64,000 bases of DNA, from NCBI GenBank assembly GCA_001179505.1, contig CDMY01000294.1:1-64000 (forward strand), written 5' to 3'. The stretch comes from Vitrella brassicaformis CCMP3155. Taxonomy: Eukaryota; Protista; Chromerida. The notes under the pieces were generated by a model that was not told where the DNA came from, ran no database searches, and saw only the letters and a program-made list of their open reading frames with translations. How positions within the stretch are numbered: position 1 is the first letter of the stretch; every line of letters begins with the position of its first letter. Of the stretch, positions 38,064-49,895 are shown piece by piece. Made by a program: the position numbers and the translations under genes.

Positions 38064-39584
38064 CTACCTCTCAACCACCTCAGCCGCCCCACCACCATCA
38101 TTACGGCTCCCTTCAGCCATGACCTCCCCCTCCCCGCTCACCACCTCTTTCGGACACAGTGAGAGGTACCACTTGGTGCGCTCCACACCATGCACGTACG
38201 TCACCGACCAGTCCCACGACACAGGGAACACGGCCGAGGCGTCGTGTCCCTGCCCGCCCGGCTTGAATGTGGTGGCGTAGATGGAGTGGTTGCCTGCGCC
38301 CGGTTGCGACGTGCTGATGGGGTAAGGAAAGAACCAACCCCGGTCGAGGCCCTTGGGGGTGTACTCGTGGGCACCTGAGAGCCAGACAGACAGACAGACA
38401 GACGGACGGATAAGACAACCGCATACAACCAACCAATGCAGACAAACCTGAGGGGTGGGTGGGTGGGGATATGTGGGCTCGGCTCGACCTACCTGTGAAT
38501 TGCCACTGTCCGTCCGCCCATATCTCGAGCCAGTTGTGGTTGCCGCCCGCAGGGGTGTTCCATATCGGAATTCCTACACCGCCAGCCAGCCAGATTGGAA
38601 GGCAGACAACACCCACACACAAACAACACATGCATTGATTGCACCATGACAATACACAGACGTCCTGGACACCCACCTGCCACTCTCGCAGGAATGCCCA
38701 CACTCCTGCACGCAGATGCTATGAGTATCGACAGGCCGGTGCACGAGGCGTTCCGGGCCTCTATCACGTCCAGAGGGCTCATGACGGCCGGCGTCCTGTC
38801 CGCTACAAACACTATCGGGGGCTCCCATGTCGACCAGATGTACTCGTTGAGCAGCTGGGCTGCCGCCCGGAGGGAGGAAGGGCTGGGGGGGTGGACGGAC
38901 AGCACCTTGCTGGCGTGAGAGTAGAGCACCGGCCGCCACGACTCTCGCTGCACCAAATCCACTCACCCACGAATGACCGACACACACACACACAGAGGGA
39001 AGTAAGGTGGTGCCTGTGTATACGTGTGTGTGGGAATGGTGGTCGGGTCGGTTGCTCACCGGCTCGTCAAAGTATGCGTAGGGCAGGACGTCATTGAGGA
39101 AGACCTCCCACGGCACCTCCTTGGCCCAGGGGAACTCCTCCCGAGCCTTGAGAGAGTACTGCACATGCTCCATCAGGTAGCCGAGAGACAGCCGCGCCAC
39201 GTCGACCTGCGGCATGAACTGCACCAAGAAGTGCAGACACTGCCACTCATCCGCAGACAGCCGGCCCTCCAAGCCAGCCACATCCTCCACGCGCAGCCCT
39301 TCCTCCGCACTGCTCCTCCCCGCAGCCAGACGCTTCTGCACCGTCTCGGAGAGCCTCTCAACATGCGACCGCTCTATTTGCGCGGTCACCGTGGGCATGG
39401 CGACGGTGTCTGCTGGCCGTGGGCGGTGGTGTGAGGCGCGTGGCGTGTGGCCGAACTTAGTTGCAGTAGGCGCGATGAATGTGGGCGGGCCGTGGACTGC
39501 AGCCGAGCACCAGATGGAAGAGAGGGCGATGAGAGAGGCTATTCGGGTCTCCTGTAAGCCAGCCTGCGAGCGGGCAGCTCCCAT
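38064..39584 (-). CDS. Transglutaminase-like superfamily protein (bacterial type) with N-terminal leader
   Basis: VPWEVFLNDVLPYA..EP..WR, ASCTGLSILIASACRSVGIPARVAG (catalytic Cys), GNHNWLEIW.DGQWQF (His). Hydrophobic IASLIALSSIWCSAAVHG near the N-terminus. Confidence 0.85.
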
Positions 39585-39741
39585 CTGCGGCCAATCTGCG
39601 GTGAGAAGTACGCCGTCAGCTGAGGAGAGGAACGTCCACCAGCGCAAGCAGCGAGTGGCTCAGATAAGAAGCATTCTCCTGAAGCATGAAGAATCCCTCC
39701 AGGCTAAGCTCTAAGCTTGCAGATGGGTCGAGGAAAGAATC

Positions 39742-41067
39742 ATGGCGACCAAGGAAGATGGCAGTGCTGCTGGAGCAGGACCAGTCGGGCTGGTGGCGCC
39801 CAGCAAGGAAAGTTTGAATGAATCACTCGGAAAGCTGAGCTCTGGCGACGATGCAATCCGCACAGCAGTTGACTCTTTCGCTCTTGAAGTTGGGGAGGCT
39901 GTCGACGATGAGACGGCAGTGCGCTTCCTGCGCGCAAGGGGGTACAAAACAGACTAGGAATGCAACGTGCTCGTGGTGTGCAATGCCATGATGATGGGTG
40001 CTGGTGTCTGTCTGTGCAGATGGGACGTGAGCAAGGCAGCGACGATGTACAGAAAGCACCTGACGTTTCGGAAAGAGAGGATGGATGAGCACAAGATGGT
40101 GTGTGAGCCGTGTGTGGCAGATCCAAAGGTGGGTGAGAACTCTTATCATCCCAGCTGGCTGACAGCGACACTGAGGACTTCCGCTGATGCCCCGCTATGC
40201 TGATGCCCCGCTGTGTCTGTTGTGCTATTGCCGTATGTTATGTGTGTGTGTGTGTGCTGCCTGCAGTCGCACTGCTTCCTTATCATCGGTGGATGTCGAA
40301 AGAACCGGCCTGTATTGTATGGGAACTCTCCTCGGTAGGCATAGGCATCACGCGACCAACTGACTGACTCACTGGGTGCGCTGATTGTGTGTGTGTTGCC
40401 CTCCCTCGTGCATATCTGTCAGTGCTGCGATGACGGACGCGCCATCGCAGCTGCATCACGTCATCTGCACCCTGGACCGGGCATTCACGGTGCCCGACAC
40501 AGCGCCGCAGTGGGTGTGGTGTGTGGACTTCAACGGCTTCGGGCTGTCGCATGCCGTGAACGTCCAGCTGGCAAAGGTGAGTGAGGAGGGGAGGGAGTAA
40601 AAGCACGGGATGGTCATCGAGGCCAATCAATCAATGCATGTACTGTATTGGATTCAGGATTGCGTAAGCACATTCAGCAACCATTTCCCAGAGCGGCTTG
40701 GGCTGCTTGTCCTGCTCGACCCGCCGACTGTTTTCCAGGCGTTGTGGTCCGTCGTGTCGCCTTTACTGGACCGCAACACGGCAGCCAAGGTGCGGTTCGT
40801 CAGGGCCAAGGAGACGGATGGCTTTCTGGATGAGCTGCTGCCAAGGTGAGCTAGCCGACACTCGCGTCTTGTCCGAGCGTCCAGCAACATCCGTGTGTTT
40901 GCTCATGCAGTGCTGAGAAGGAGTGGCTGCAAGCTGTCCGTGTGATGCGGCCTGTCCCTGGGAACCTCCCGCCGCTTCCTCTCTCGGCAAAGCCATTCGC
41001 TATGACGCCTAGTGCCGATAATGCGGGAGAGCCGGCTGGGGGAGAGGAGTTGAGGAGAGGAGGGTGA
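39742..41067 (+). CDS. CRAL-TRIO (Sec14-like) lipid-binding protein
   Basis: DDETAVRFLRARGWDVSKAATM, WVWCVDFNGFG, FSNHFPERLGLLVLLDPPTVFQALWSVVSPLLDRNTAAKVRFV. Confidence 0.88.
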
Positions 41068-41300
41068 CGGTGCGTGGATGGATGGATGGATGGATGCTGC
41101 AAAGAAGGCACGGACACCTTCTTGAAGGCACGGACACCTTCTTTGTTGATACGTACAGGGGTGCGCCGTGTTTCGGGAGAGAGAGATGAATGGATGGCCA
41201 TTTTGTTTGTCGCTCTTCTGCACTCACTTGCAAGACTCTTTCTTGTTTTGCTTGCAATGCATGGCGGGGACGATACGCACTGACTGAGTCATCAATCATT

Positions 41301-42234
41301 ATGTCGCTGGTATGACCTCCCTGCTCATCTGGTACAGCCGCCCTCATACGCCAAGGATGGTCAGCATTCACGCGACTGCCCAATGTTCACAAGCTGTGTG
41401 CGGCGTCCCCGCGCCCCTGTGTGTGTTTGTGCAGGCTGCGAACAGCGCCATAGAAGACGCGGTGCTGCTATTCGAGACACTCGAACGCTACGGATTTTGC
41501 AGTGACGATAGGCCGGTGTGCGCCTGCCATGGCACACGTGCCGGCCAATGTGCGATCTGCGTGGACCTCGGATGGCCGAAATAAGGCGGATGGGCAGGAA
41601 AGAGCTCAATAAGAAATACGTCAGTGGGCCGGTGAAGGAGACGCATGGTCGGTGCAGGTGAGTAGTTTGGTGCGTGGGATGATGTTGCGTTGTGCGTCGG
41701 ATGAGATGCCGTTCACGGGGAATGCTCACCTGTATGGTGGCGTGAGACGCAGACTCGCCACGACGGCTAAAGATGACTCGTGTGTCGGTTGTGTATGGGG
41801 CGTCGTCAATGAGCTGGAATAGCTCTGTTTTGTGCTGTAGAGAGCTTTCACGTATCTGTCTGAATGCAGCAATGACACAATGCACCAAAAGACGGTCCAA
41901 ATGCACTCACTACGAAGAGACGGCACTATCCGCTCCTCCATCACTCACTCACCGCATCCTCCCTCTTGAACAACTCTTCGCCCCCCGCCAATCCCTGCCC
42001 CCAGATGTCAAAGTGCGAAGACAAACAAAACGTGACAGACACCTTCTGACTGCGGAAAAGAAAGGTGTGTGGGGTTTGGGTGTTCGTGTGTGTATGATTG
42101 GCACAGCTTACATACCGTGTGTCTGTCACATCAATGTAGACAGCCATCCAGCAGAGAGACAGAAATACCAGCAAGCAGGCAGTACAGCAAAAACGGGAAG
42201 ATGGTACGTACAGCAAAAGCTGCTCATGTCATGA
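41301..42234 (+). CDS. Hypothetical protein (tentative spliced model)
   Basis: Sense-type TG-rich introns and partly phase-compatible exons (AIEDAVLLFETLERYG; RKELNKKYV; RELSRICLNAAMTQC). No family recognised. Confidence 0.35.
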
Positions 42235-43640
42235 CCCTCTTTCAAACTGCTGCTGGCCAGCCTTCTTTTGGCTGTACAGCAGGCTGAGCACGAGGCTTCG
42301 CGCCTCCTCTGGTTTCCCCATCGTATCCACTTGGCGATCGATCATCGTCTGCCACGCATGGCGCAGCACGGGGTTGGGGTAGTCCTGGTCGTCCAGGCGG
42401 ACCTGCGGCGTGTGGTAGCCGTGGCCATAAAGCCGGCCGCCCAGTTTGTTGTTGAACCGGCTGCAGTCGATCTCCCACACGTTCTTGTGCACTCTGTCCA
42501 TTTTCGCTGGCCCCAGCCGGCCTATCCGCTGGCGCCACCCGCTGGGGATACGGCCGAGACTGTACGTCAGAGGGAGGTCATCAGACGCGTAGTATCTGAT
42601 ACACACACACACACACACACACATGGACACAGAGAGAGATACATATACACACATGTGCAACACAACACATACACAGACACACGGTCCGCTGCCATGCAGA
42701 TGGACGACGGCTCGTCGAGCACGTTGTTGGGCACATCGGCGGCCACCATGAAGATATCGCGGAATATGCCTTCTATGGGATACATCTCGTCCGCACGAAT
42801 GAGCGTCTGCCACAGCACGCGGTTGCCCATAGAATGTGCCATGATGCTCACGTTCTTCTGCATGAGCAGGTCGGTCTCCGGGTCGGGCAGCTGGTTGGTG
42901 AGCATTCGCTCGTCGGCTCGCAGCACCTTCGCAAGCACTCGCTCGAATCCACACACGGACGCATATGCTCGCCGGCGGTCATCCCAATAGTCCCGGATGA
43001 TGCCGATCTTGTCGCCGCATGGCCAGATGAGACCCACCACCTTCACCCTGCCGGCGTCGTCCCCTCTCTCAGCAGCCATCGTGTTGAACTGCGCTTGGAT
43101 CTTGGCCGTCTCGTCGAGCGCATCTGTGGGCTGCACGTTGAAGCCATGGATGGAGAACAGGATGGTCTCGGCCTTGCTGTTGCGCAGACGCGCCAGGAAT
43201 TTCTCAGAGAAGATCTCCTTGTGTTCATCGTCGGTGCCGCTCTCGCAAAAGTGGACGTTTCCTGAGGCGTCGTTATTCTTCTCGTCGAAGCTGACGGAAG
43301 TGGGCTGTGATGCGGCTTGCCCGACCGATTCCTCACCATCAGGCACGTTCATTCGGTGGTTGGTGATGAAGAGGAGCTCTCTGCGTGGACGTGCACACAT
43401 TACATTCATGCATAATCAGACAATGAAGGGACGGCTGGGCCGCTCGTCTTTGATGTGCGTAACTCACTCGTCGGGGTCCACTTTATTGTTTCGGCCTTGG
43501 AGCGACGTAATGCGGCGCTTCAACGGAGATCCATTAATGGGCCCATGCGTGTGCAAGAAGCCAGCTGGCGTGCCTGCCGAGATGTCATGGCAGCGCACAA
43601 CAGGGAAGGCGACGCACAGCAGAAGGCCCAAGAACTTCAT
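42229..43640 (-). CDS. DUF900-type alpha/beta hydrolase with signal peptide and possible transit peptide
   Basis: LLFITN, ILFSIHGFNV, GLIWPC, SIMAHSMGNRV (nucleophile elbow), MVAADV, YYASDD, DCS...HGYH. Leader MKFLGLLLCVAFPVVRC. Only two introns. Confidence 0.85.
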
Positions 43641-43817
43641 TGCCTGACTCTGGTGCCTGACACAAAAGCACTCGTCATGCAACTCCCGGTCAAATGGGAA
43701 GAACCATACAGCATATAACCTTTGCGCTCACCGTTCTTTTGTCGGTCCTCCGGAGGTGGTTGTCAAGAGGGAGAGCAACGAAACCCAAAAGCCCGCACGG
43801 AAGAGGGAGGCACTCAT

Positions 43818-45975
43818 TGCAAATGGCAAGGCTGCAAGCAGATATCTGATCACCGCACAACAAACGGGGCGGGTCCAAGACGTGAGACGGCAGCTCTTCG
43901 TCTTTTTCCCCGCCCCCACGACCAGCGCTGGTCAGTGCATGCATGCAAGCGTGTTCTGTCGCCCCCCTCTTTTCAGCTCTACTGTCATCTGTTTCCGAGT
44001 TTTGCTCTTCGTTAACCTATCAGCACTCACCTGCCGTCCCTCAGCCTTCTTCAGCCACACCCGGCGACGCCCGCCGGCCATCACAAACCGCCCTGCGATG
44101 GCCTTCAAAGGCCACAACGCCCTTGCATCTGGGCGATTTGACATCGCTGCGAGGCCGCTGGGCACGGGCAGCCATTCCACTGTGTTCAAGGCCAAGGATA
44201 AAGCCTACACGGACCCGAGCCGTTCCTTCGCACTCAAAATCTACGACCCTCAGCGGCCGGATGAGGCGGCGGGCAGCACCGTCCACCCATCTAACAACAA
44301 CGAGATGCTGGCCTTCGATCTTCTGCAGTCCATCGCGGAGACCAAGACCATCGCCAGCGGCATACCCCCCGGCTTTTACCGCCGCGCCTGGCACCCCAAC
44401 GTCGTCAGACGATATGGCCACCACATGGCTAGCAAGAGCACTTGGCACGGGGACCAGTGGCTGCTGCTCGAACTGCTGGAGGGGGCTCAGTCGCTGGGGC
44501 GGTGCTCGAAGGTATCGGCCTTTGAGGCCAAGGCGGTGCTCTACGAGCTGCTCCGCATGCTGGCCTTCCTGCACCAGAATGACATCGCCCACGGCGACAT
44601 CTCTTCGGAGAACCTGGTGGTCTGCAGAAAGATCGAGGGGCTGCCGCTGCTGAACGCCATCGACTTCGGCCTCAGTGTCCATGCCAAGACGCAGCAGGCG
44701 ATGGGGGCCGCCGAGAGTGAGCGGGGGCTTCAGGGGGCGAGGGGCACTCCGGGCTACTTCACGCCCGAGATGACCTGGCCGTACGCGGCACACAGCGACC
44801 CCAAGGGTATCCACTCAGCCAGCCAGGATATCACAGAGAGGCGAGAAAGGGACAATGCCCTATGGACAATGCCTTATCCCTCTGTGTCTGTCTGTCCTTG
44901 ATGTGTGGATGCCTCCATTCAGGCTCACCCATGTTCCAGAGGTATGACGAGAGGAAGGGAGACATCTTCCAGGCCGGCGTCGTGGCCGTCGAGGTGGCCA
45001 CGGGCAAGAACGCCGCCAAGGACCTCTTCCCTCTCGCCAGAGTCACCAAGCAGGGCGTGGCGCAGCTGTCACGGCAGCTCTTCACGTTCACTGGACGGCC
45101 GGGCAACGAGGAGGCGGCGGCGATGGGATTCCCTCAGGGCCTGTTTAGCGATATCGAGGTCAGCAGTGCGGACGGCATAAAGGCCAAGCTGCGGCGATGG
45201 GGGGTGGGGGATGAGGGCCTTCTCGACGTGCTCTCCAAGTAAGACGGAGGCAGACACAGAGAGGTGTCCCATGTGCATTCAGCTCACTGTGTGTCTGTTA
45301 TGCGTTTGTTTGCCCTCAGGATGGTGTGTCTCCCGGGGTCACGCCACACAGCTGAGGAGCTCTCCATGCATCCCTACTTCACCCACGACGCGGCGCTGCA
45401 GCCCGTCGTCAAGGCGTACATCGACTGGGGCTTCCCCCCGCCACACACTATCCCCACCCCCACCGTCCCCGCCCCCCTCCCCCTCCCCCAGCCCACACAC
45501 ATCACCCCCACGGCCACCAACTCATCAATGGCCTCGTTGGGGTCGCCCCCTACGGACGACGAGCACATGATGGAGGTGGACGAGGAGGCGGACATGATGG
45601 TCATCGACCACTCACTGTGAGAGCAGACAGATGACCAGGCGGCCAGCCGAGGGCGCCTGTCTGTCTGGCTGTCTACGACTGTGTTTGACGAGAGGGATGG
45701 AGACAATTGAGGGGTGGCGAGATGTGACTGCGTAACTTAGCGGGACTGAGGGGGCGTTTGCCTTGCTACACGGATGCGTTGCCTGTGTGCAGCGATGAAT
45801 GGACGAGCCACTGATTGAGAGAGGGAGCTGGTTGCAGCACCTGTGTGTGCTGCAGCTGCGTGTGTCTGTCTGACTGACTATTTTTCCTGTCACTGTCTGT
45901 GTGTGCGAGTGTGCATATCTGTGAGGCGGCGAGCTGGACGGGATGCGCCAATGGGATGGACTCGATGATATGATT
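43818..45975 (+). repeat. Inverted segmental repeat, arm A (kinase gene plus flanks)
   Basis: The reverse complement of 54681-57051 aligns across the upstream region, exons, introns and 3' flank. By hand, exon 1 is ~96% identical. Confidence 0.95.
44098..45620 (+). CDS. Divergent non-RD Ser/Thr protein kinase, copy A
   Basis: LGTGSHSTV, ALK, HPNVV, HGDISSEN, IDFG, GTPGYFTPE, DIFQAG, SRHTAEELSMHPYF; 3 exons. Confidence 0.92.
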
Positions 45976-46526
45976 GCATCAATCAAACCCAAACCGATAA
46001 CGTGGTGTCTACGACAGAACAGTGCCTCCACTGCTGACCAAAAGCCAGATTACCACGATCAGCGTCACTTGTGGTCAAATTTGGTCAGGACAAGAGATGA
46101 TGAACATTCGTATCTGTGTGTGCGTCCGCTAAGCTGGTTCTCCTTAGAAGCCATGGCGGATGTTGTCCATTCTCTTCGTCTGTTGAATGTTTGTGGGCGC
46201 GGCGCATCTTCCTGTTTAATGTCTTTCTTGTCTCCGCTCTCTCCAGCACGAGAACGAGATGTTCTCAGTCAGTGAGTCAGAAAGAACGTGATCGGCATTA
46301 TCTCGTCCCAATCCATTATCAAAAGAAACTTGGGACAAACGCGCGTGAGCCACACATGCACTTCATGTCTCTGGGCTATCTCAATCAGAGTCCATCAAAA
46401 GGTTGTCTTTGCCGTTCTAAAAGAAAAACGAGGGGCTGCTGGCTTCCTTGTCTCTGTCGGAATCCATTGATTGCATTGTTGCCTGACATGTCATTCGCTC
46501 GGCTGCTCATCTTGAGCTGGGCACGT

Positions 46527-49205
46527 TCACGTCTGGAGGAAAGGCTTGTCGGCCCACTCGGCGAATTTGGCCGATCCTGCCCCACAAGACACATCCAGCA
46601 CCCCTTGCCATGAACCTGATTGGTCATCTGCACAACTACCATACCGGGCAGGTAGTAGTTGTAGCGAGTCTTGGTGCCGCCCTCGTTGACGATGACCGAG
46701 GCCGAGTAGTCCTCCGCTGGGAGGATCTTCGTCTGCAAGCCCTTGCCCTTCGGCAGGTTGGTGACTTTCACTGCCTGCATCCATCCATCCATCCATCCAG
46801 TGAATGAATCATCACGGAAGTCCATGCCTGTGGCTGGCTCTGCAATGTGCAGGCATACCGTCCCTTCCTGGGTGCACATCTTTGCGCCGTTTTCTGAGAG
46901 CAGGGAAGCCATGACAACGCGGTCTTCGGCGCACAGCTTCTCTGCGGTGGAAAAGCCGATGCACGCTCCGTCCAGAGTGGCCTTGCTGTCACCGAAATCC
47001 ACCTGCATGAGGCAAGCAAGGAAAAGAAGAGCACCAGTCACGCAGACGACTGAGACGCAGCATCAGCAATGTAATGTAGAACCTCGAGGACGTCCGTTTG
47101 ATGCAGTCCGACAGCGCAGATTTGGGAAGCCTCGCAGCCAGTAATCGCTTTCTGCGGAACGTAGTAGAAGTTCACCGTGTTGGCCGATTTGGTGTGCTTG
47201 CGCGTCATCTTGATGCTGCAGGGAGCTTCTGCATGTGCGCACACGGACACATCGAACTTGGCTGCGTGTTGGCCAAGGATGGGCAGCTCTGCCCTACCAG
47301 CTGGTTTGCTCGGCTTGGCTGGTTTGGCTGGCTCTGGGGCGAGAGGGGCCATCTCTGTATGTGTCAGCAGATATACAAATGACTGATGTGTGCACTGTTT
47401 TTGAGCCAGTCATACGCGTACCGAAGGTCTCTGTGTCGATGTCCGATTTCAGCTGTATACCAAGGAGACACGGTGACAATTCAGTGTCATGCGCACAACC
47501 ACAGATGGATGACTTACGTGGCATCCGAAGTCTCCGGTCTCTGAGTGATAGCCGCAGAGACACTCCTCAGACAGCCAGTCGGGCTCCTTTCTGCCCGTTG
47601 TCGACCTGTATACACACAGATACGGGTCAGCATGTATATGTATCCTTCTGTGTGTGGCGCATGTAAGTACCTGCTGCGCTCAGTCCCGCAGATCTGCTTG
47701 GTCATCGTGGCCATGGCTGAGACACACATACATGCGCACAAATCACAAATACGTCAGTGTCTCGTTCCTGTGTCTCGTTGCCATGTTCGTTACCGGAGCA
47801 TTTTTTGCCCTTCTTGGTCATCACGGGACAGGTGTTCTTGATGCGGATTTCCTTCTCGGGAAGGTTGGCCGCAACCTGGACACGCACACACAGACGGAGA
47901 GAGGAGGATGTCTTTCATGTGTGCCGCGTAGGCGTGATTGTATGGATGCAGGTGCTCACACCTACATGGCATCCGTATTTGCCGGTGTCTGTATGCTTTC
48001 CGCAACGACACTCCTCGTTGATGCCTGCCAGCAGGTCCGGCTTCTTCTCGCCACTACGTAAGAGAGAGACACGTGTGAGCACATGTGCGGGAGATGCGTG
48101 AGATGCAAACTGTTTGGCTACCCATCCACGTAGGCCCGGGCCGACCCACAGATGGTGTCATCGTGACCCGAAGCTGTAAAGGCCCATCGCAGAAAATGCA
48201 CACGCGAATGCCAGTGTGAGAATGTGCGTATGTACTGTGTGTTGTACCTCCGTGGTGTTGTACCTCCACACATCTGTTTCTCATCGTCCAAGATCATGTA
48301 TGGGCAAGTATCGTCTCCCGACTTCAGGTCGCTGATGAGCTGCACGCAGAAACGTGAAACGCACACATGATCCACACGTGGCTTCTGCATCCGCAACGTG
48401 TGCAAGTACATGGCAGCCGAATTTGCCAGTGTCGCTGTTCACGCCGCATCGGCAGTTCTCGGAACGGAAATCAGGCGTCTTTTCCCAGTCGCCGGCCTTC
48501 TTCGCGCCACAGACGAGGGACTTGCCGGGGTGGTCCGAGCACTTGGGGTGGTCCATCGTGACAGGGCACGTGTCATCATCGGAGCCTGCAAGCACGGAAT
48601 CGCAAAAGTCGCCAACACAGCACAAAGCATAGCGCCGCACGTCGTCACCTTCAGACGAAACCAGGTCTGTCACCTTCTGCTCACGTACAGTAAGAGAGGC
48701 CAAAGGAAAGCCGACATGCGTCAAAGGCATCCCATGTTTCTCTTTTTCTGCTCACGCACCTGACAGCCGAACTCATTGTGGAATTTGTCGTATCCGCATC
48801 TGCACTGAGTTGTCTTGCCATTCTTGCCCTTGACATCGCCGCAGAGCCGCCCTTCGTCTGCATGTCAGTGCAAGCGGAGGGGATGATATGCCATTGCCCG
48901 CCTGAACAGCCATGACATCTGTGTGTGTGCCCGCTGACTGAGGTCCGGGTCATCGCACTCCATGAAGATGTTGTAGTCCTGGAGCGAGGCAGCGTAACAC
49001 GAGCCACCGCCCAGCTCTGTCTGGCCTGTGCATGCATTCAGGGGACAAGAGCAAGGAACTCAAGCCATGCATGAATTCGATGCATTCTTGAGAACGCTTC
49101 ACCGAATTCGAGAGCAGTGGTTTCATCAAGAAAGTTGCCGTTGCACTGGCAGAACAACACGGCGAAAAGCAAAAGAGACGCCGCAAAGGACTGAAGAGCT
49201 GTCAT
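46527..49205 (-). CDS. Secreted protein with four tandem 6-Cys modules, a Pro/Lys linker and a C-terminal domain
   Basis: Signal MTALQSFAASLLLFAVLFCQCNG. Over a dozen exons splice in frame. Four repeats end in CxCG-x6-(F/Y)GC(Q/H), followed by the PAKPAKPSKP linker; the protein ends WADKPFLQT*. Confidence 0.78.
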
Positions 49206-49895
49206 TGTGATGAAAATGGGGTCTGAAGGAGGCGTGGAGAAACTACTGTGCAGTGGGGGCCGGCGAGAGAGCGGTTTCACGGAGGCGGCAACTGCCCAGA
49301 TCGTCTCAGCATGGGAATTGACACGTCAGGAATGGCATCTCATCACGAGAGGCTTGCTGAGGATCCCAAGACAGGCAAGTCTATTCTCGTACTTCCAAGA
49401 GACACCGCGGTTTTTGTATTACTAACTTACAGTGTATTACTAAATTACCAGAATGTACAATGAATACACTGTCATGCATTGCACCAGGAATACACATTCA
49501 CAGCAACATCAACCTCCCCTCGCACATTCATTCATTCATTCATTCGCGTCTCCTATGAACGCATAAAAATGCATCCATGGAAACGATTAGCAGCCCTGCA
49601 AAAACGAGTCAGAGACCAGGGCGGGTGTCCACAAAGACGAGCATCAATCATCTGCCCCCTGTCACCAGTGCATCTAGCCTGTGTGATGCATCAGGGAAAG
49701 TGTGCCGTAGAATGGCCTGCATGACACTGAGGCACAGATGGCGACACACCACACGCTGCCGCAGCAGCATCAGCACCAACGCCATCCCGCGACCAACACC
49801 CAACAAACCTGCCATACATACAGACAGACAGACATACAGACACATACACACATCAACACAGCACCGATGTGTTGTTAGGTCACACATCAGTCACC

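Noticed and set aside
43936-43947. TGCATGCATGCA (ApiAP2-type motif) upstream of kinase A
   Set aside because: TGCATG words are common in introns of this window and the motif is altered in copy B, so there is no evidence of specificity.
46527-47280. Homology between the C-terminal domain of the 6-Cys protein and the secreted protein at 18199-19130
   Set aside because: Only faint compositional resemblance; I could not make a convincing alignment.
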